Shown: positions 28,821-38,131 of the stretch, in pieces | Numbering within the stretch: the stretch's first letter is position 1 | How the letters are laid out: every line of letters starts with the position of its first letter | Assembly (NCBI GenBank): GCA_038871515.1 | Contig: JAVZHX010000002.1 | Coordinates: 68,641 to 132,640, forward strand | Source of the DNA: Candidatus Micrarchaeia archaeon | GTDB lineage: Archaea; Micrarchaeota; Micrarchaeia; Burarchaeales; Fermentimicrarchaeaceae | Direction: 5' to 3' | Length of the DNA: 64,000 nt | Notes under the pieces: model-generated | Databases searched by the model: none | What the model saw: only the letters and a program-made list of their open reading frames with translations | Told to the model about the DNA's origin: nothing | Translations under genes and position numbers: made by a program

Positions 28821-30011
28821 TTGAGAATTGCTGTTCTTGCCGACTTTCATCTTGGTTATCCGAAGTTTGAGGAGGATTCATTCAAGCAGGCTGAGGAGGC
28901 TTTTGGGAAAGCATGCGAGGAGGCGGATTTGATTGTGTTGCTTGGGGATATATTTGATGCAAGAACCCCGAAGCAGGAGATTCTTGCGCGCTCTTTTGAA
29001 ATATTCAGAAAAGCATTTGAGAGAAAGTGGGGGGTGAAGCTTGTTGAGTACGTGAGTAGAGAAGGGAGAAGGAATTATACGAGGATACCTGTTGTTGCGA
29101 TACATGGGACGCATGAGAGAAGAACAAGGGGATTGGTGAACCCAATTGAACTGCTTGAGAAAGCGGGGTTTGTGGTGAATGTTCATTCAGCGGTTGCTGT
29201 TTTTGAGAAAAATGGAGAAAGAGTTGCTTTGCAGGGAATGGGGGGAGTCCCAGAGGAGTATGCAAGGGAAGCGTTGGAGGTTGTTTCCCCAAAGCCAGTT
29301 GAGGATGCGTTTAATGTTTTCATCTTCCACCAAAGTATGAAGGAGTTTCTTCCTGGAGAAGAGTTTATTGGAGCAGAGGATTTGCCTAAGGGGTTTGATT
29401 TATACCTGTGTGGGCATATGCATACCAGAAAAATTGAAAAAGTTGGCGGGGCGCTGCTCATAATACCAGGAAGCACTGTTGTCACCCAGATGAGGAAGGA
29501 GGATGCGGAGGAGAAGGGCTTCTTCATTTTTGATACTGAAAAAAAAGACGCGGAGTTTTATAAAATAAAGACAAGGCCGTTCTTCTACGAGGAGCTGGAG
29601 TTTGAGGAGGCGAAGCTTGAGGAAGTTGTTAAAAAAATGAGGGAGAGAGTTGAAAAAATTCTTGAGAAAAGCAGCGAGATGCCTGTTGTGAAAATAAAAA
29701 TAAAAGGGAGTTTGGCAAAAGGGCTTGACCCATCCAACCTTCAGCTGGGGGAAGTGATTAAGGAGTTTGAAGGGAAAGCGGTGGTTGAAGTGGATAAGGA
29801 GATGGAGTCGCATGAGTTCAAGGAGAGGGTGGAGAAGATAAGGGGGTTGAGGGAAGGGAAACTCTCTGTGAGGGAGATGGGAATGGAGATACTTAAGAGA
29901 AAACTGAAGGAGTATGGAGTTGTTGATTTTGATGTTGAGGGGTTGTACACAATTCTCAGCGAGAATAAGAAGGATGCGCCCCAGAAAGCATTGAGGAGAA
30001 TACTGGAGTAG
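28821..30011 (+). CDS. mre11: Mre11/SbcD nuclease
   Basis: ADFHLG, GDIFD, HGTHE, FHQ, GHMH, PGS. Confidence 0.9.
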   Translation: MRIAVLADFHLGYPKFEEDSFKQAEEAFGKACEEADLIVLLGDIFDARTPKQEILARSFEIFRKAFERKWGVKLVEYVSREGRRNYTRIPVVAIHGTHERRTRGLVNPIELLEKAGFVVNVHSAVAVFEKNGERVALQGMGGVPEEYAREALEVVSPKPVEDAFNVFIFHQSMKEFLPGEEFIGAEDLPKGFDLYLCGHMHTRKIEKVGGALLIIPGSTVVTQMRKEDAEEKGFFIFDTEKKDAEFYKIKTRPFFYEELEFEEAKLEEVVKKMRERVEKILEKSSEMPVVKIKIKGSLAKGLDPSNLQLGEVIKEFEGKAVVEVDKEMESHEFKERVEKIRGLREGKLSVREMGMEILKRKLKEYGVVDFDVEGLYTILSENKKDAPQKALRRILE

Positions 30012-30027
30012 GTTATTTATATTTTGG

Positions 30028-30972
30028 ATGAGCAAATTTGTCATGGTTTATTTAAAGAAAGAAAAAGTTACGCTTGATTCCCTGCTTGATGTTGCAGATA
30101 GATGTGAGGAGGAGAAGTTTAGGGAAACAATAAGGATGGTTAGCGATAGACTGGGGGAGGAGAGGGTTAAGGAAAGCGGTTTGAGGATGAGGGGTAATTT
30201 AGCGTACATACCAAAATATGGGAATGCGATAGTGGTTGGGGATTTGCATGGCGATTTGGATTCTTTGGAGAGAATACTGAGAAAAACGAATTTTGTTGAG
30301 AGAGTTAATGAAAAGGAGAAGCTGATGCTTGTTTTTCTTGGCGATTATATTGACAGAGGGCCAAAGCAACTTGAAGTTCTGAATCTTGTTTTGGAGTTGA
30401 AGAGAAACTTTCCTGAGAATGTTGTTGCTCTGAGGGGTAATCACGAGGTAATTCCTCTCTCCCAGAGTTTTTCGGGCGAGGAGAGTTTTTTGGGTAGGCT
30501 TATTACGAAATACGAGTATAATGGAGCGAGTGTCTACAGGGGGCTGGCGATGTTGTTTGACAAACTTCCCTTGGCTGCAAAAACAGAGAATGGAATTCTT
30601 TTTGTTCACGGAGGAGTTTCTGATAAAGTGAAGGGGGAGCCAACCCTTATATACGCGCTTGAGCTGAGAGATGATTTGACGTGGAGCGATCCACGCGATA
30701 TAGAGGGAGTTGCTCCAAACAGGGAGAGGGGCGCTGGTGTTTACTTTGGAAAGGATGTGCTTGAAGAAGTGCTGAAAAGCGTAAACTGCAAAATTCTTAT
30801 AAGAGCTCACGAGCCGGTGACGAATTCTGGGGAGATGTTTGATGGGAAGCTTCTGACTGTTTTCTCCTCTGGGATGTATAAAAACTACAATAGTAGTTAC
30901 AGAGTTGGGTATGGGTATGTGACTCTTGAGAAGGAAGTTGAAAACGTGAGAGGGATACTGCAGCCTTTTTAA
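30028..30972 (+). CDS. PPP-family Ser/Thr protein phosphatase (alternative start 30043)
   Basis: GDLHG, GDYIDRG, LRGNHE, HGG, WSDP, RAHE, LTVFSS. Confidence 0.9.
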   Translation: MSKFVMVYLKKEKVTLDSLLDVADRCEEEKFRETIRMVSDRLGEERVKESGLRMRGNLAYIPKYGNAIVVGDLHGDLDSLERILRKTNFVERVNEKEKLMLVFLGDYIDRGPKQLEVLNLVLELKRNFPENVVALRGNHEVIPLSQSFSGEESFLGRLITKYEYNGASVYRGLAMLFDKLPLAAKTENGILFVHGGVSDKVKGEPTLIYALELRDDLTWSDPRDIEGVAPNRERGAGVYFGKDVLEEVLKSVNCKILIRAHEPVTNSGEMFDGKLLTVFSSGMYKNYNSSYRVGYGYVTLEKEVENVRGILQPF

Positions 30973-31253
30973 CTCCATAGGTATTTTTTCAGGTTTATTC
31001 TTTTGGTGAACTTCACCCCATCCTTCCTGAGCAGCTGAGCTTTTCTTTTCACTCCTTTTGAGTAACCTCCAAGCTCTCCGTTGGATTTTATAACTCTGAA
31101 ACAAGGAAACTTGTCTGGGTGTGGATTTCTTCTCATCATCAAACCAACAACTCTTGGATGAATTCCAAATTTCTCAGAAATTGATTTGTACGTGACAACT
31201 TTTCCTTTTGGAATTTTTTTTAGGAAAGCCAGAATTCTCCTTTCAACTTTCAT
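30969..31253 (-). CDS. ogt: O6-alkylguanine DNA alkyltransferase-family protein (single domain)
   Basis: IPKGKVVTY, PRVVG, PCFRV, GGYS...K..LL..DG. Confidence 0.85.
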   Translation of the reverse strand: MKVERRILAFLKKIPKGKVVTYKSISEKFGIHPRVVGLMMRRNPHPDKFPCFRVIKSNGELGGYSKGVKRKAQLLRKDGVKFTKRINLKKYLWS

Positions 31254-32226
31254 GCATCTTCCTCTCAAGCAGCTCCTTTGTGAGTTTCACGCATTCCTCC
31301 ATCGCATCCTCAAATCCTTTAAGGTGAGGGCCGTTCGCACCTGCTGCGCATGGATGGCCACCACCGCTTCCCCTCAAAATTCTTCCAACTTTCTCCATAA
31401 CATCGCTGGCAAGGTTTATGCCAAGCTCGGTGTGGAGGTAACCTCTCATTCTTGCAGATATTCTTGCCTCTCTTTTTCCTTTGCATCCGACAAAAGAAAA
31501 ATCCGCACCTAAGCTCAAAAGGGCTTCTGCTGCTTTTGCTTCAAATGAGCCAATTATGGATTTTGCAATTAGGTAATCTCCAACACGTTCAACAGAGGCT
31601 CGCTGGCAGGCTGTGAGGAGGGCGATTCTCTGGGAAACATCAACATCTGTTTCAGTAACTCTCAGAATCTCCTGGTAATCCATCCTCGTTTTTCCAAGCA
31701 GTTCGGAGATATATGAAAAAGTTTTCTTTCTTGCATTTCTGAACCCAGCTGAATCGTCTATCATTCCACAGAGAAGGGAAACTGCGTGCTTTTCCGAAAC
31801 ATCCCAGTTCAGTTTCTTTAAAATTTCATAAACAAGCTCTGAGGTAGAAGCGTAGCTGTTGTCAATAAGCACGTGCTCTGCTTTTATTGAATCTGGATGG
31901 ATGGAGTGGTGGTCTATCACTGCTTTGCTTCCCTTGAAATTTCTAACTTCATCAGCAAGCTCGCCAAGCAAGTCGTATGAGTTTGTATCAAGTATTATCA
32001 AAACATCGCTTTTCAGTTTCTCCCCAACAGCTATGCTCTGCCCAGTTATTCTGAGCAGCTTTCTTGCTTTTGCTGTTGGCTGGTCTGGCGATATAATTTT
32101 TGAGTTTTTGAAAAATGAGCTTAGGGCTGAGGAGCTTCCAACCGCATCCAAGTCAGGAAGGGAGTGGATGAGCAGGATAACTCTCTTCTCTTTTATAGAT
32201 TTGAGGAAGTTTGCCATTGACTGCAT
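31243..32226 (-). CDS. DHH/DHHA1 phosphoesterase
   Basis: HxxPDLDA, DT, IDHH, DS, SAR, GGGHPCAAG. Confidence 0.92.
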   Translation of the reverse strand: MQSMANFLKSIKEKRVILLIHSLPDLDAVGSSSALSSFFKNSKIISPDQPTAKARKLLRITGQSIAVGEKLKSDVLIILDTNSYDLLGELADEVRNFKGSKAVIDHHSIHPDSIKAEHVLIDNSYASTSELVYEILKKLNWDVSEKHAVSLLCGMIDDSAGFRNARKKTFSYISELLGKTRMDYQEILRVTETDVDVSQRIALLTACQRASVERVGDYLIAKSIIGSFEAKAAEALLSLGADFSFVGCKGKREARISARMRGYLHTELGINLASDVMEKVGRILRGSGGGHPCAAGANGPHLKGFEDAMEECVKLTKELLERKMHES

Positions 32227-32571
32227 TCACGCTGCACCCATCTCCCCTGCTGCTTTCTCTATTTTTGTTTTGAGCTCAACAAGCCTCTCCCTTATCTTCT
32301 CCTCCTGCTTTCCAAGCACCCCCAATCTAACTTTCATTGTTTCCCTTCTCTCTTTCAGCTCATTCTCAACTTCCTCAAGAGAGGATTCAATGAGGAGGGA
32401 GCCTGTGGATTTGTAGATTTTTCCCTTCGCGTTTTTCAACTCCTCAAGCGCATCATCAATCTCCTCAAGCTGTATTTTTATCTGCTGTTTCTGCACCAGT
32501 ATCATCTGCATCTGATTCTGAGCAGTTTGGAATTCATTCAAATCATGCTCAACTTCCTTCGGCAGTTCCAT
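32227..32571 (-). CDS. pfdB: Prefoldin beta subunit
   Basis: Coiled coil-IYKSTGSLLI-coiled coil; superoperon position. Confidence 0.93.
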   Translation of the reverse strand: MELPKEVEHDLNEFQTAQNQMQMILVQKQQIKIQLEEIDDALEELKNAKGKIYKSTGSLLIESSLEEVENELKERRETMKVRLGVLGKQEEKIRERLVELKTKIEKAAGEMGAA

Positions 32572-32572
32572 G

Positions 32573-32815
32573 CTACACCTCCTTTTCCGTTATGTTTAAA
32601 ACTGAGAGGATTGTGCTTAAAAGCCTTAGGTATGAGCTTGCAGTTGCCCTCAGCGCTGGGAAGCTTTCTGCCTCAATTGTTATCACTAATCTATTTTTCT
32701 TAACCCTCATCTCGCTCCTGCTTTTTTTTCTGAAGCTGGTTTCCTGCTTGAGTGAATTTAAAGCTTTTTTTGCTGTGGAAGTGCTTGGGAAGTTTATTTC
32801 CAGAATGCATTTCAT
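32573..32815 (-). CDS. pcc1: KEOPS subunit Pcc1
   Basis: RS...ITIEAES..ALRA...SYLRLL; superoperon position. Confidence 0.88.
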   Translation of the reverse strand: MKCILEINFPSTSTAKKALNSLKQETSFRKKSRSEMRVKKNRLVITIEAESFPALRATASSYLRLLSTILSVLNITEKEV

Positions 32816-33261
32816 AGAATCAACTCAAGAAGTGGTTTTTTGTATGAAAAAATTATTTTCTTTGAATTGCTTTTCAGTTTGATGAACTCCTCCCCCTTAG
32901 GCTGTGGAAAATCAAAAAGAGCTTCAAGCTCGTTTTTTCTTCTTCCACTCACCGCAAGCTCATCAGGAAGGTAGTTAGGTAGTTTGTATATTTTGAAGTT
33001 TGAAAGCGCAATTTCATCCTCAATCCACTTCCATGAATGCGCTTTTATTCGCATAAAGCACATTCTTGATGGAACTCCATGGGTTTCGTATACCAAAACC
33101 GCTCTGCTCTTTCCCAACACTCTTGCCCTTCTGAAAACCTGCTCTATGCTTTTTCTTCCTCTGCTCTCGTAAACTGAGTGCGGAAGGATGGAGGAGAGCG
33201 CTCTGCAGAGCTGCTTTGTTTTTTCTGATGGGTTTTTGCTTGTTGTTATGTAAACCCCCAT
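32812..33261 (-). CDS. Brix/Imp4-domain ribosome biogenesis protein
   Basis: ITTSKNPS..T..L...L, RGRKS, ETHGVP. Confidence 0.85.
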   Translation of the reverse strand: MGVYITTSKNPSEKTKQLCRALSSILPHSVYESRGRKSIEQVFRRARVLGKSRAVLVYETHGVPSRMCFMRIKAHSWKWIEDEIALSNFKIYKLPNYLPDELAVSGRRKNELEALFDFPQPKGEEFIKLKSNSKKIIFSYKKPLLELIL

Positions 33262-33393
33262 TTAGTCCGCCTTTACCTCTTTTGCTATTGGCTGTCTTTC
33301 CTTGAAAAGCACCCTGCAACCGCAGTATGGACATCTGACAAATGACTGATCCAAATCCTTAACAGTTTTTCTGCATTTCCAGCATTTGTACAT
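33262..33393 (-). CDS. rpo12: DNA-directed RNA polymerase subunit P (Rpo12), 43 aa
   Basis: Manual translation MYKCWKC...RCPYCGCRVLFKER; below the ORF-track cutoff; canonical position after rpl37ae. Confidence 0.93.
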   Translation of the reverse strand: MYKCWKCRKTVKDLDQSFVRCPYCGCRVLFKERQPIAKEVKAD

Positions 33394-33397
33394 AAAA

Positions 33398-33637
33398 CTA
33401 CCTCTTTTTAGCATCAGATATTATTCTTGCCCCGCTCTCCCCAATTGTGGTGGTTAGGGAGTATGCACCTCCAGCGAATTTTGCGCCACAGGAGTTGCAT
33501 TTCCAAAGAGAGTAACCAGCTCTCTTAACGCTTTTTTTACCGCATTTTGGGCAGATGTATTTTGCAGTTCTCTGCTTATCCACAGCCTCCGCTCTTTTCC
33601 TGAGCTCAGCACCATAACGAACTCTTGCTTTCACCAT
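33398..33637 (-). CDS. rpl37ae: Ribosomal protein eL43 (L37Ae)
   Basis: RYGxxLRK, CPKCG, WKCNSCG, AGGAY. Confidence 0.96.
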   Translation of the reverse strand: MVKARVRYGAELRKRAEAVDKQRTAKYICPKCGKKSVKRAGYSLWKCNSCGAKFAGGAYSLTTTIGESGARIISDAKKR

Positions 33638-33646
33638 TCCCTCACC

Positions 33647-34426
33647 TCACTCCAGAAGCTTCCTAAGCTCATTTCCTTTTTCAAAAGATACATCAACAAG
33701 GTTTAAAAGCTCCTCCTTTGTGAAACTGCCTCTTCCCCCTTTCTGTATCGCGCATACGTATTCTGGTGTTGTTGCAATTGTCAGCCTGGAATCCGTTGCT
33801 TTCTCCTCATCAAGCCCAGGGTCAAGCACTATTGCGGAGTTTATTTTGGAGAAGGTGCAGGTGACAACTTTCTGGGTTACCTTCAGCCGTTCAGTTCTCT
33901 CATTTCTTATTAGCTGGTCTCCCTCAACCTTTGGCAGTTTTGTGTCAAGCAGAGCTGCCATAGCTGCAAGCGCTGACGCATCTATCAAATTTCCGTCGTG
34001 GTCAAGCACGTATATATCAACGTACACCATCAGAACTTTATCCTCCTCCAGGAAAAGGGAGGTTAAATCTATCGCATTGCTGCTTCGTATACCTCTGTCA
34101 ACAATTCTGGCAAGCTCAATCGCTCCCTCGTCAGGAGGGCCTGGCTCAAACGTTGGGGAGGCAAGTGGAAGCAGTTCAGCAGTTGTGGAGAGAACTCCCT
34201 CATCAGGTCTGTCCTTGAAAGGAGTTCCAAGCTCTATTTTGACTCCTGCAACTACCTGTGTTTTCCCAAGCTTCACCCTTGCGCTTCCCTCAGCAGAGTC
34301 AAAAATTCCCTTCTCAACGCTGCATGGTCTGTATTCAAAAAACCCCCTTTCATCCGGTCGTTTATTCCTCCTAATCAAATCAGTTACATAATCCTTTTTT
34401 ATTTCATCAAGTATTTCCATAATCAT
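33647..34426 (-). CDS. rrp42: Exosome subunit Rrp42
   Basis: AEGSARVKLG, PFKDRP, EPGPP, DGNLIDA, AIQKGG. Confidence 0.95.
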   Translation of the reverse strand: MIMEILDEIKKDYVTDLIRRNKRPDERGFFEYRPCSVEKGIFDSAEGSARVKLGKTQVVAGVKIELGTPFKDRPDEGVLSTTAELLPLASPTFEPGPPDEGAIELARIVDRGIRSSNAIDLTSLFLEEDKVLMVYVDIYVLDHDGNLIDASALAAMAALLDTKLPKVEGDQLIRNERTERLKVTQKVVTCTFSKINSAIVLDPGLDEEKATDSRLTIATTPEYVCAIQKGGRGSFTKEELLNLVDVSFEKGNELRKLLE

Positions 34427-35145
34427 CCCTCTACTTTTGTTGTGTAATGTGCTTTCAGCGCTTCCACTTGAAGCGCATTTATCTTTGGAATTGCTGACAG
34501 CGCAAGCTCAACTGCCTTCCTCAGCTCATCCTTTGTGAACATACCGTCCATTTGAAGCAGCAGAATCTCGTTGTTTCTTGGCGCTACTGCAATTGGCATA
34601 TCCCCGTCCCCGTAATTATCCTCAAGCTTTCCGAAGTCAAGCGCAATCTGATTTTCTATTTTCCCAACTGCCACAGCGCAAGGCAAATCCTTCATAGGTA
34701 TCCCTGCATCCGCAAGCGCAACTGCAGCAGCTGTTATTCCTGCGCATCTTGTCCCTCCATCTGCCTGAAGCACCTCTATGAAAATATCTATCGCGGTTTT
34801 TGGAAACCTCTCGGCAATCACAACATTCTCAAAAACTTCCTTTATCACCTTTGATATCTCTATGGATCTTCTGTTTGGACCGCTTCTCCCATGCTCGTCA
34901 AGAGTTGAGAACGGAGCCATGAGGTATCTGCAGTGTATAACCGCTCTGTATGGGTTTGCGTCATGCCTTGGGATGCACTCCCTCGGCCCGTAAACTGCTG
35001 CAAGTATTCTGTTGTTTCCCCACTCAACATACGCGGAGCCGTCTGCTTTGTTAAGAACGCCTGCTTGAATTTTCAATGGTCTTAGCTCATCCAACGCCCT
35101 TCCATCAATTCTTTTTCCATCAATAAGCAGTTTTGGTTTCTCCAT
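34423..35145 (-). CDS. rrp41: Exosome subunit Rrp41
   Basis: RIDGR, ADGSAY, YGPRE, ADGGTRCA, LLQMDG. Confidence 0.95.
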   Translation of the reverse strand: MEKPKLLIDGKRIDGRALDELRPLKIQAGVLNKADGSAYVEWGNNRILAAVYGPRECIPRHDANPYRAVIHCRYLMAPFSTLDEHGRSGPNRRSIEISKVIKEVFENVVIAERFPKTAIDIFIEVLQADGGTRCAGITAAAVALADAGIPMKDLPCAVAVGKIENQIALDFGKLEDNYGDGDMPIAVAPRNNEILLLQMDGMFTKDELRKAVELALSAIPKINALQVEALKAHYTTKVEG

Positions 35146-35151
35146 TCAACA

Positions 35152-35757
35152 TCACCTTCTTGCCTCCTCCCTCAGCAGAGCTTCTATCCTCTCGGTTAAA
35201 CCTGTTGTGTGCGCCTCCTTCTCAATTTTCAGTATCGCTCTTGCTGCAAGGGCGGAGTTTCCTCCCCTTATCCAAATTCTTCCGTTGTTTCCAACAATTA
35301 TCTCGCTTCCTGTTGCTTTCCTGAGAAGCTCAAGCATTGAGTTTTTCTTTCCTATCACCCTCGGTACCTTGGCAGGAGTTATCTCAACAATCTCACCCTC
35401 CCTGAGCTTTCTCGCGTTTTCAAGTATGATGTTTTTAACTTCGTCAACCTGCTTAACCTTTGCGGATATCACATCGCCAAGCTCATATTCATATCTTGAA
35501 TCCTTGGCTGGCAGAAAACCCTGGTAGGGAGAGTTTATGTCAACTGTGTAGCCGGCAAACTTCACCTCCTCCACAACGCCGACAACAATGTCATATAGAG
35601 AGGGAACGTAAACTCCCTCAAGAGGTATCAACCTGAAGCTGGTCTCATCAAACAAACCAAGAATGGATGAGTAGGTTTTTTCATTTTCAATATAAGCGAA
35701 GTTCGTCTTGCGAGGTGAATCCGCAAGAAGCTCTCCTGGAACAACCACTTTTGTCAT
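35152..35757 (-). CDS. rrp4: Exosome cap subunit Rrp4
   Basis: VVPGE, S1 plus KH (PRVIGK, GNNGRIW), AHTTGLT. Confidence 0.95.
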   Translation of the reverse strand: MTKVVVPGELLADSPRKTNFAYIENEKTYSSILGLFDETSFRLIPLEGVYVPSLYDIVVGVVEEVKFAGYTVDINSPYQGFLPAKDSRYEYELGDVISAKVKQVDEVKNIILENARKLREGEIVEITPAKVPRVIGKKNSMLELLRKATGSEIIVGNNGRIWIRGGNSALAARAILKIEKEAHTTGLTERIEALLREEARR

Positions 35758-35767
35758 GCGCTCACCT

Positions 35768-36460
35768 TTATTTTATAATTTTCGTCTCAACATTCCCGCT
35801 TGTTATCCTGTTTATTCTCTCGTAGAATTCCCCCTGAAGCCCTGCTGGCATCTCAACAACTGCTATGAGGGAGCCGTTTGACTGCCACTCCTCATTCTGC
35901 AGGTTGTATTCCTTCAAAGTTCCATATGCTCTTGGAGCGTATTCCGCAGGTATGCGAACCGCAATTTTCACTCTTTCAAATTTTATTGGGAGAATTGCCC
36001 TCAGCGAGTCTATAACTTCATCAAGCTGAGCTTCAGCGTCTTTGAATGGGTCAATATGAACTCTGCTCTCCTCCATCGCTTTCTCAATTCTCTGCGGAGG
36101 GTGGGGAGCACCGGTTCTTGGGTCAACGCACTCCCTCGCAAGAATTGAAACAATCTTCTTTCTCTTCTCCTCCATCATTTTTTTTCTTTGCTCTGTTGTT
36201 AGCTGAACCTCTCCTTTTCTGAGTATAATTTCTGCAATTTTCATAATGTCTGTTGTTCCAAATGCTTTCTTCAGTGCTTCTGAGGTTGGCCTCTCACCCT
36301 TTCTTGCATCTGTGAATATTTCCTCAACTGCAAGGAGGTTTGTCAAATCATTTTTCCTCCCAGTTTTGAATAGGTAAGCCAAGTCTGGGTCAACAAGTAT
36401 TTCAAATTTCTCCCCGTGCGTCTCCAAACGGGCTGTTATAGCCTTATCCAAGCTTACCAT
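35768..36460 (-). CDS. SBDS/Sdo1 ribosome maturation factor
   Basis: FEILVDPD, FGTTD, QLTTEQR, DPRTGAPHPPQRI. Confidence 0.95.
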   Translation of the reverse strand: MVSLDKAITARLETHGEKFEILVDPDLAYLFKTGRKNDLTNLLAVEEIFTDARKGERPTSEALKKAFGTTDIMKIAEIILRKGEVQLTTEQRKKMMEEKRKKIVSILARECVDPRTGAPHPPQRIEKAMEESRVHIDPFKDAEAQLDEVIDSLRAILPIKFERVKIAVRIPAEYAPRAYGTLKEYNLQNEEWQSNGSLIAVVEMPAGLQGEFYERINRITSGNVETKIIK

Positions 36461-36473
36461 AAAAAACACGCAA

Positions 36474-37184
36474 CTAGGCTTTGGAGAGGTATCTGCTCAC
36501 TTCTTCATCAGAGAATATCTTGAGCTTTCTGTCCTTCCCTATTTTTGCAATATCAAGGTTCTCTGGTTTTAGTTTTGAATCAGTTGTTTTTTTGAGCGCG
36601 CGAACAGCGAGGCTCACCGCATCCTCAAAGTTAATTTTCTCGCTGTACTCCTTCTCAAAGAACTCGTCAACCTCTTTCTTACCGCTTCCGATTGCAATTG
36701 CTTTGTAACCAGTCAGAGCACCGCTGGGCTCTGCTTCATATACTTTTGGCGCAGTGTCAAACCCGGCGATGAGAAGTGAAACTCCAAAGGGCCTTATTCC
36801 ACCGTATTGGGTGTATATCTGCATTGTATCGCAAAGATGTCTTGAGACTGATTCAACAGGAATTGGTTCGTTGTACAGCAGCCTGTGCTTGTGAGCTTCA
36901 TACCTTGCTAAATCAACAAGCCTCCTTGCATCGGCAACAAGCCCCGAGGCAGTTATCGCGATATGGTCATCTACTCTGAATATTTTTTTCATTGATTCTG
37001 GCACAAGCAGATTTGAAACAATGTTTTTGTGCGCAACAAGTATCGCTGCATCAGTGCAGACAATTCCTATTGCTGTTGCACCTCTTTTTACAGCTTCCTT
37101 CGCATACTCAACCTGAAAGAGCCTTCCATCAGGGCTGAATACTGTTATGGCTCGGTCGTATGCTTGGGGAGAAACCGGATACAT
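36474..37184 (-). CDS. psmA: Proteasome alpha subunit
   Basis: YDRAITVFSPDGRLFQVEYA, RPFGVSLL. Confidence 0.97.
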   Translation of the reverse strand: MYPVSPQAYDRAITVFSPDGRLFQVEYAKEAVKRGATAIGIVCTDAAILVAHKNIVSNLLVPESMKKIFRVDDHIAITASGLVADARRLVDLARYEAHKHRLLYNEPIPVESVSRHLCDTMQIYTQYGGIRPFGVSLLIAGFDTAPKVYEAEPSGALTGYKAIAIGSGKKEVDEFFEKEYSEKINFEDAVSLAVRALKKTTDSKLKPENLDIAKIGKDRKLKIFSDEEVSRYLSKA

Positions 37185-37251
37185 AAATTCACCTCTTCTC
37201 TCACGCTACGGGTAGTAATTCACATCTAAGATTTAAAATACTTGTAGTTCA

Positions 37252-37276
37252 GGTTACTATGTAACCATGGTTACAT
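37252..37276. promoter_or_regulatory. Palindromic GTAAC/GTTAC array upstream of the psmA TATA box
   Basis: GGTTAC-TAT-GTAACC-AT-GGTTAC-AT; perfect 18-bp palindrome at 37259-37276; TATA-like element at 37231-37238. Confidence 0.45.
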
Positions 37277-37573
37277 TCTGCTCCTCATCCCAGAAACCCT
37301 GAGAATGCGGATGCAGCCTGGCTTCCCTTTTATTCTATCAACAAGAGCCAACGCAGCCTTCACTTTCTGCACTTCTGAATGGGAGCAGAGGATAACTGCT
37401 TCATTATTTTTGAACTCAACCAACCTTGGGTTTGCTTTTGAGAAGCCAAGCTCGCCCAAAAATGAAAGAACCGCATTATCCACAGCTTCCCTTGCTTCTC
37501 TCTCGCTAACCTCCTCTCCCTCAAACCTAACCTTAACATACCTCCTTCTCTCCTTCATTGTAGGCTTTATCAT
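37271..37573 (-). CDS. rnp2: RNase P protein Pop5/Rpp14
   Basis: PTMKERRRYV, FLGELG, RVSG. Confidence 0.9.
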   Translation of the reverse strand: MIKPTMKERRRYVKVRFEGEEVSEREAREAVDNAVLSFLGELGFSKANPRLVEFKNNEAVILCSHSEVQKVKAALALVDRIKGKPGCIRILRVSGMRSRM

Positions 37574-38124
37574 CCAACCCTCTCCAGCACATACTCAGGG
37601 ACAACAGATATTGAGCTGACTGCTTTATCATGCGATAAACCAAGCATCTCCCCTATCGCAATTAACTCAGAAGGTGATTTCATAAGAAACTTTGAGGAAG
37701 CGCCACTGGTTATCACAAAATCCGCAGATAGTTTCTCGCATATTTTTATGAAAAAACCTATTTTTGAAATCACCAAACCTCTCTCAACCCCCTTCCTTCC
37801 TATTATAAGTGAAACAGGAATCTCAAATGGTTTCTTATTTTCAGCAGCAACTCTGATAAGCCCAACATCTGGAAGAAATTTTGGAAAGAACAACAAATCC
37901 GCATCTCTTCTGCACGCTTTCTTCAAAAGCTCTGGCTTATCAGATGAAAAAAGAACAACCTTCCCGCTTTTTCTGAACTTCAAATCACCAGGGTTTCTCC
38001 CAAGTATCTCAACACCATTCCCTCCATGAGAGAAGCAACAGATTTTTTTAAACCCAAGCTTATTCGCATAACTCTCCAAACTATCCTCCCAGAAGCGCAC
38101 ACCCACATCGTAATAATCTGGCAT
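37570..38124 (-). CDS. rnp3: RNase P protein Rpp30 (divergent, short)
   Basis: AAEN...FEI, ITSGASS...KSPSEL...G...GL; canonical position before pop5. Confidence 0.8.
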   Translation of the reverse strand: MPDYYDVGVRFWEDSLESYANKLGFKKICCFSHGGNGVEILGRNPGDLKFRKSGKVVLFSSDKPELLKKACRRDADLLFFPKFLPDVGLIRVAAENKKPFEIPVSLIIGRKGVERGLVISKIGFFIKICEKLSADFVITSGASSKFLMKSPSELIAIGEMLGLSHDKAVSSISVVPEYVLERVG

Positions 38125-38131
38125 GGGAAAC

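Noticed and set aside
30199..31104. 301-aa minus-strand ORF
   Set aside because: Antisense shadow of the PPP phosphatase with no motifs
30969..31253. Catalytically inactive Atl protein
   Set aside because: The active-site Cys is retained (PCFRV, not PWHRV)
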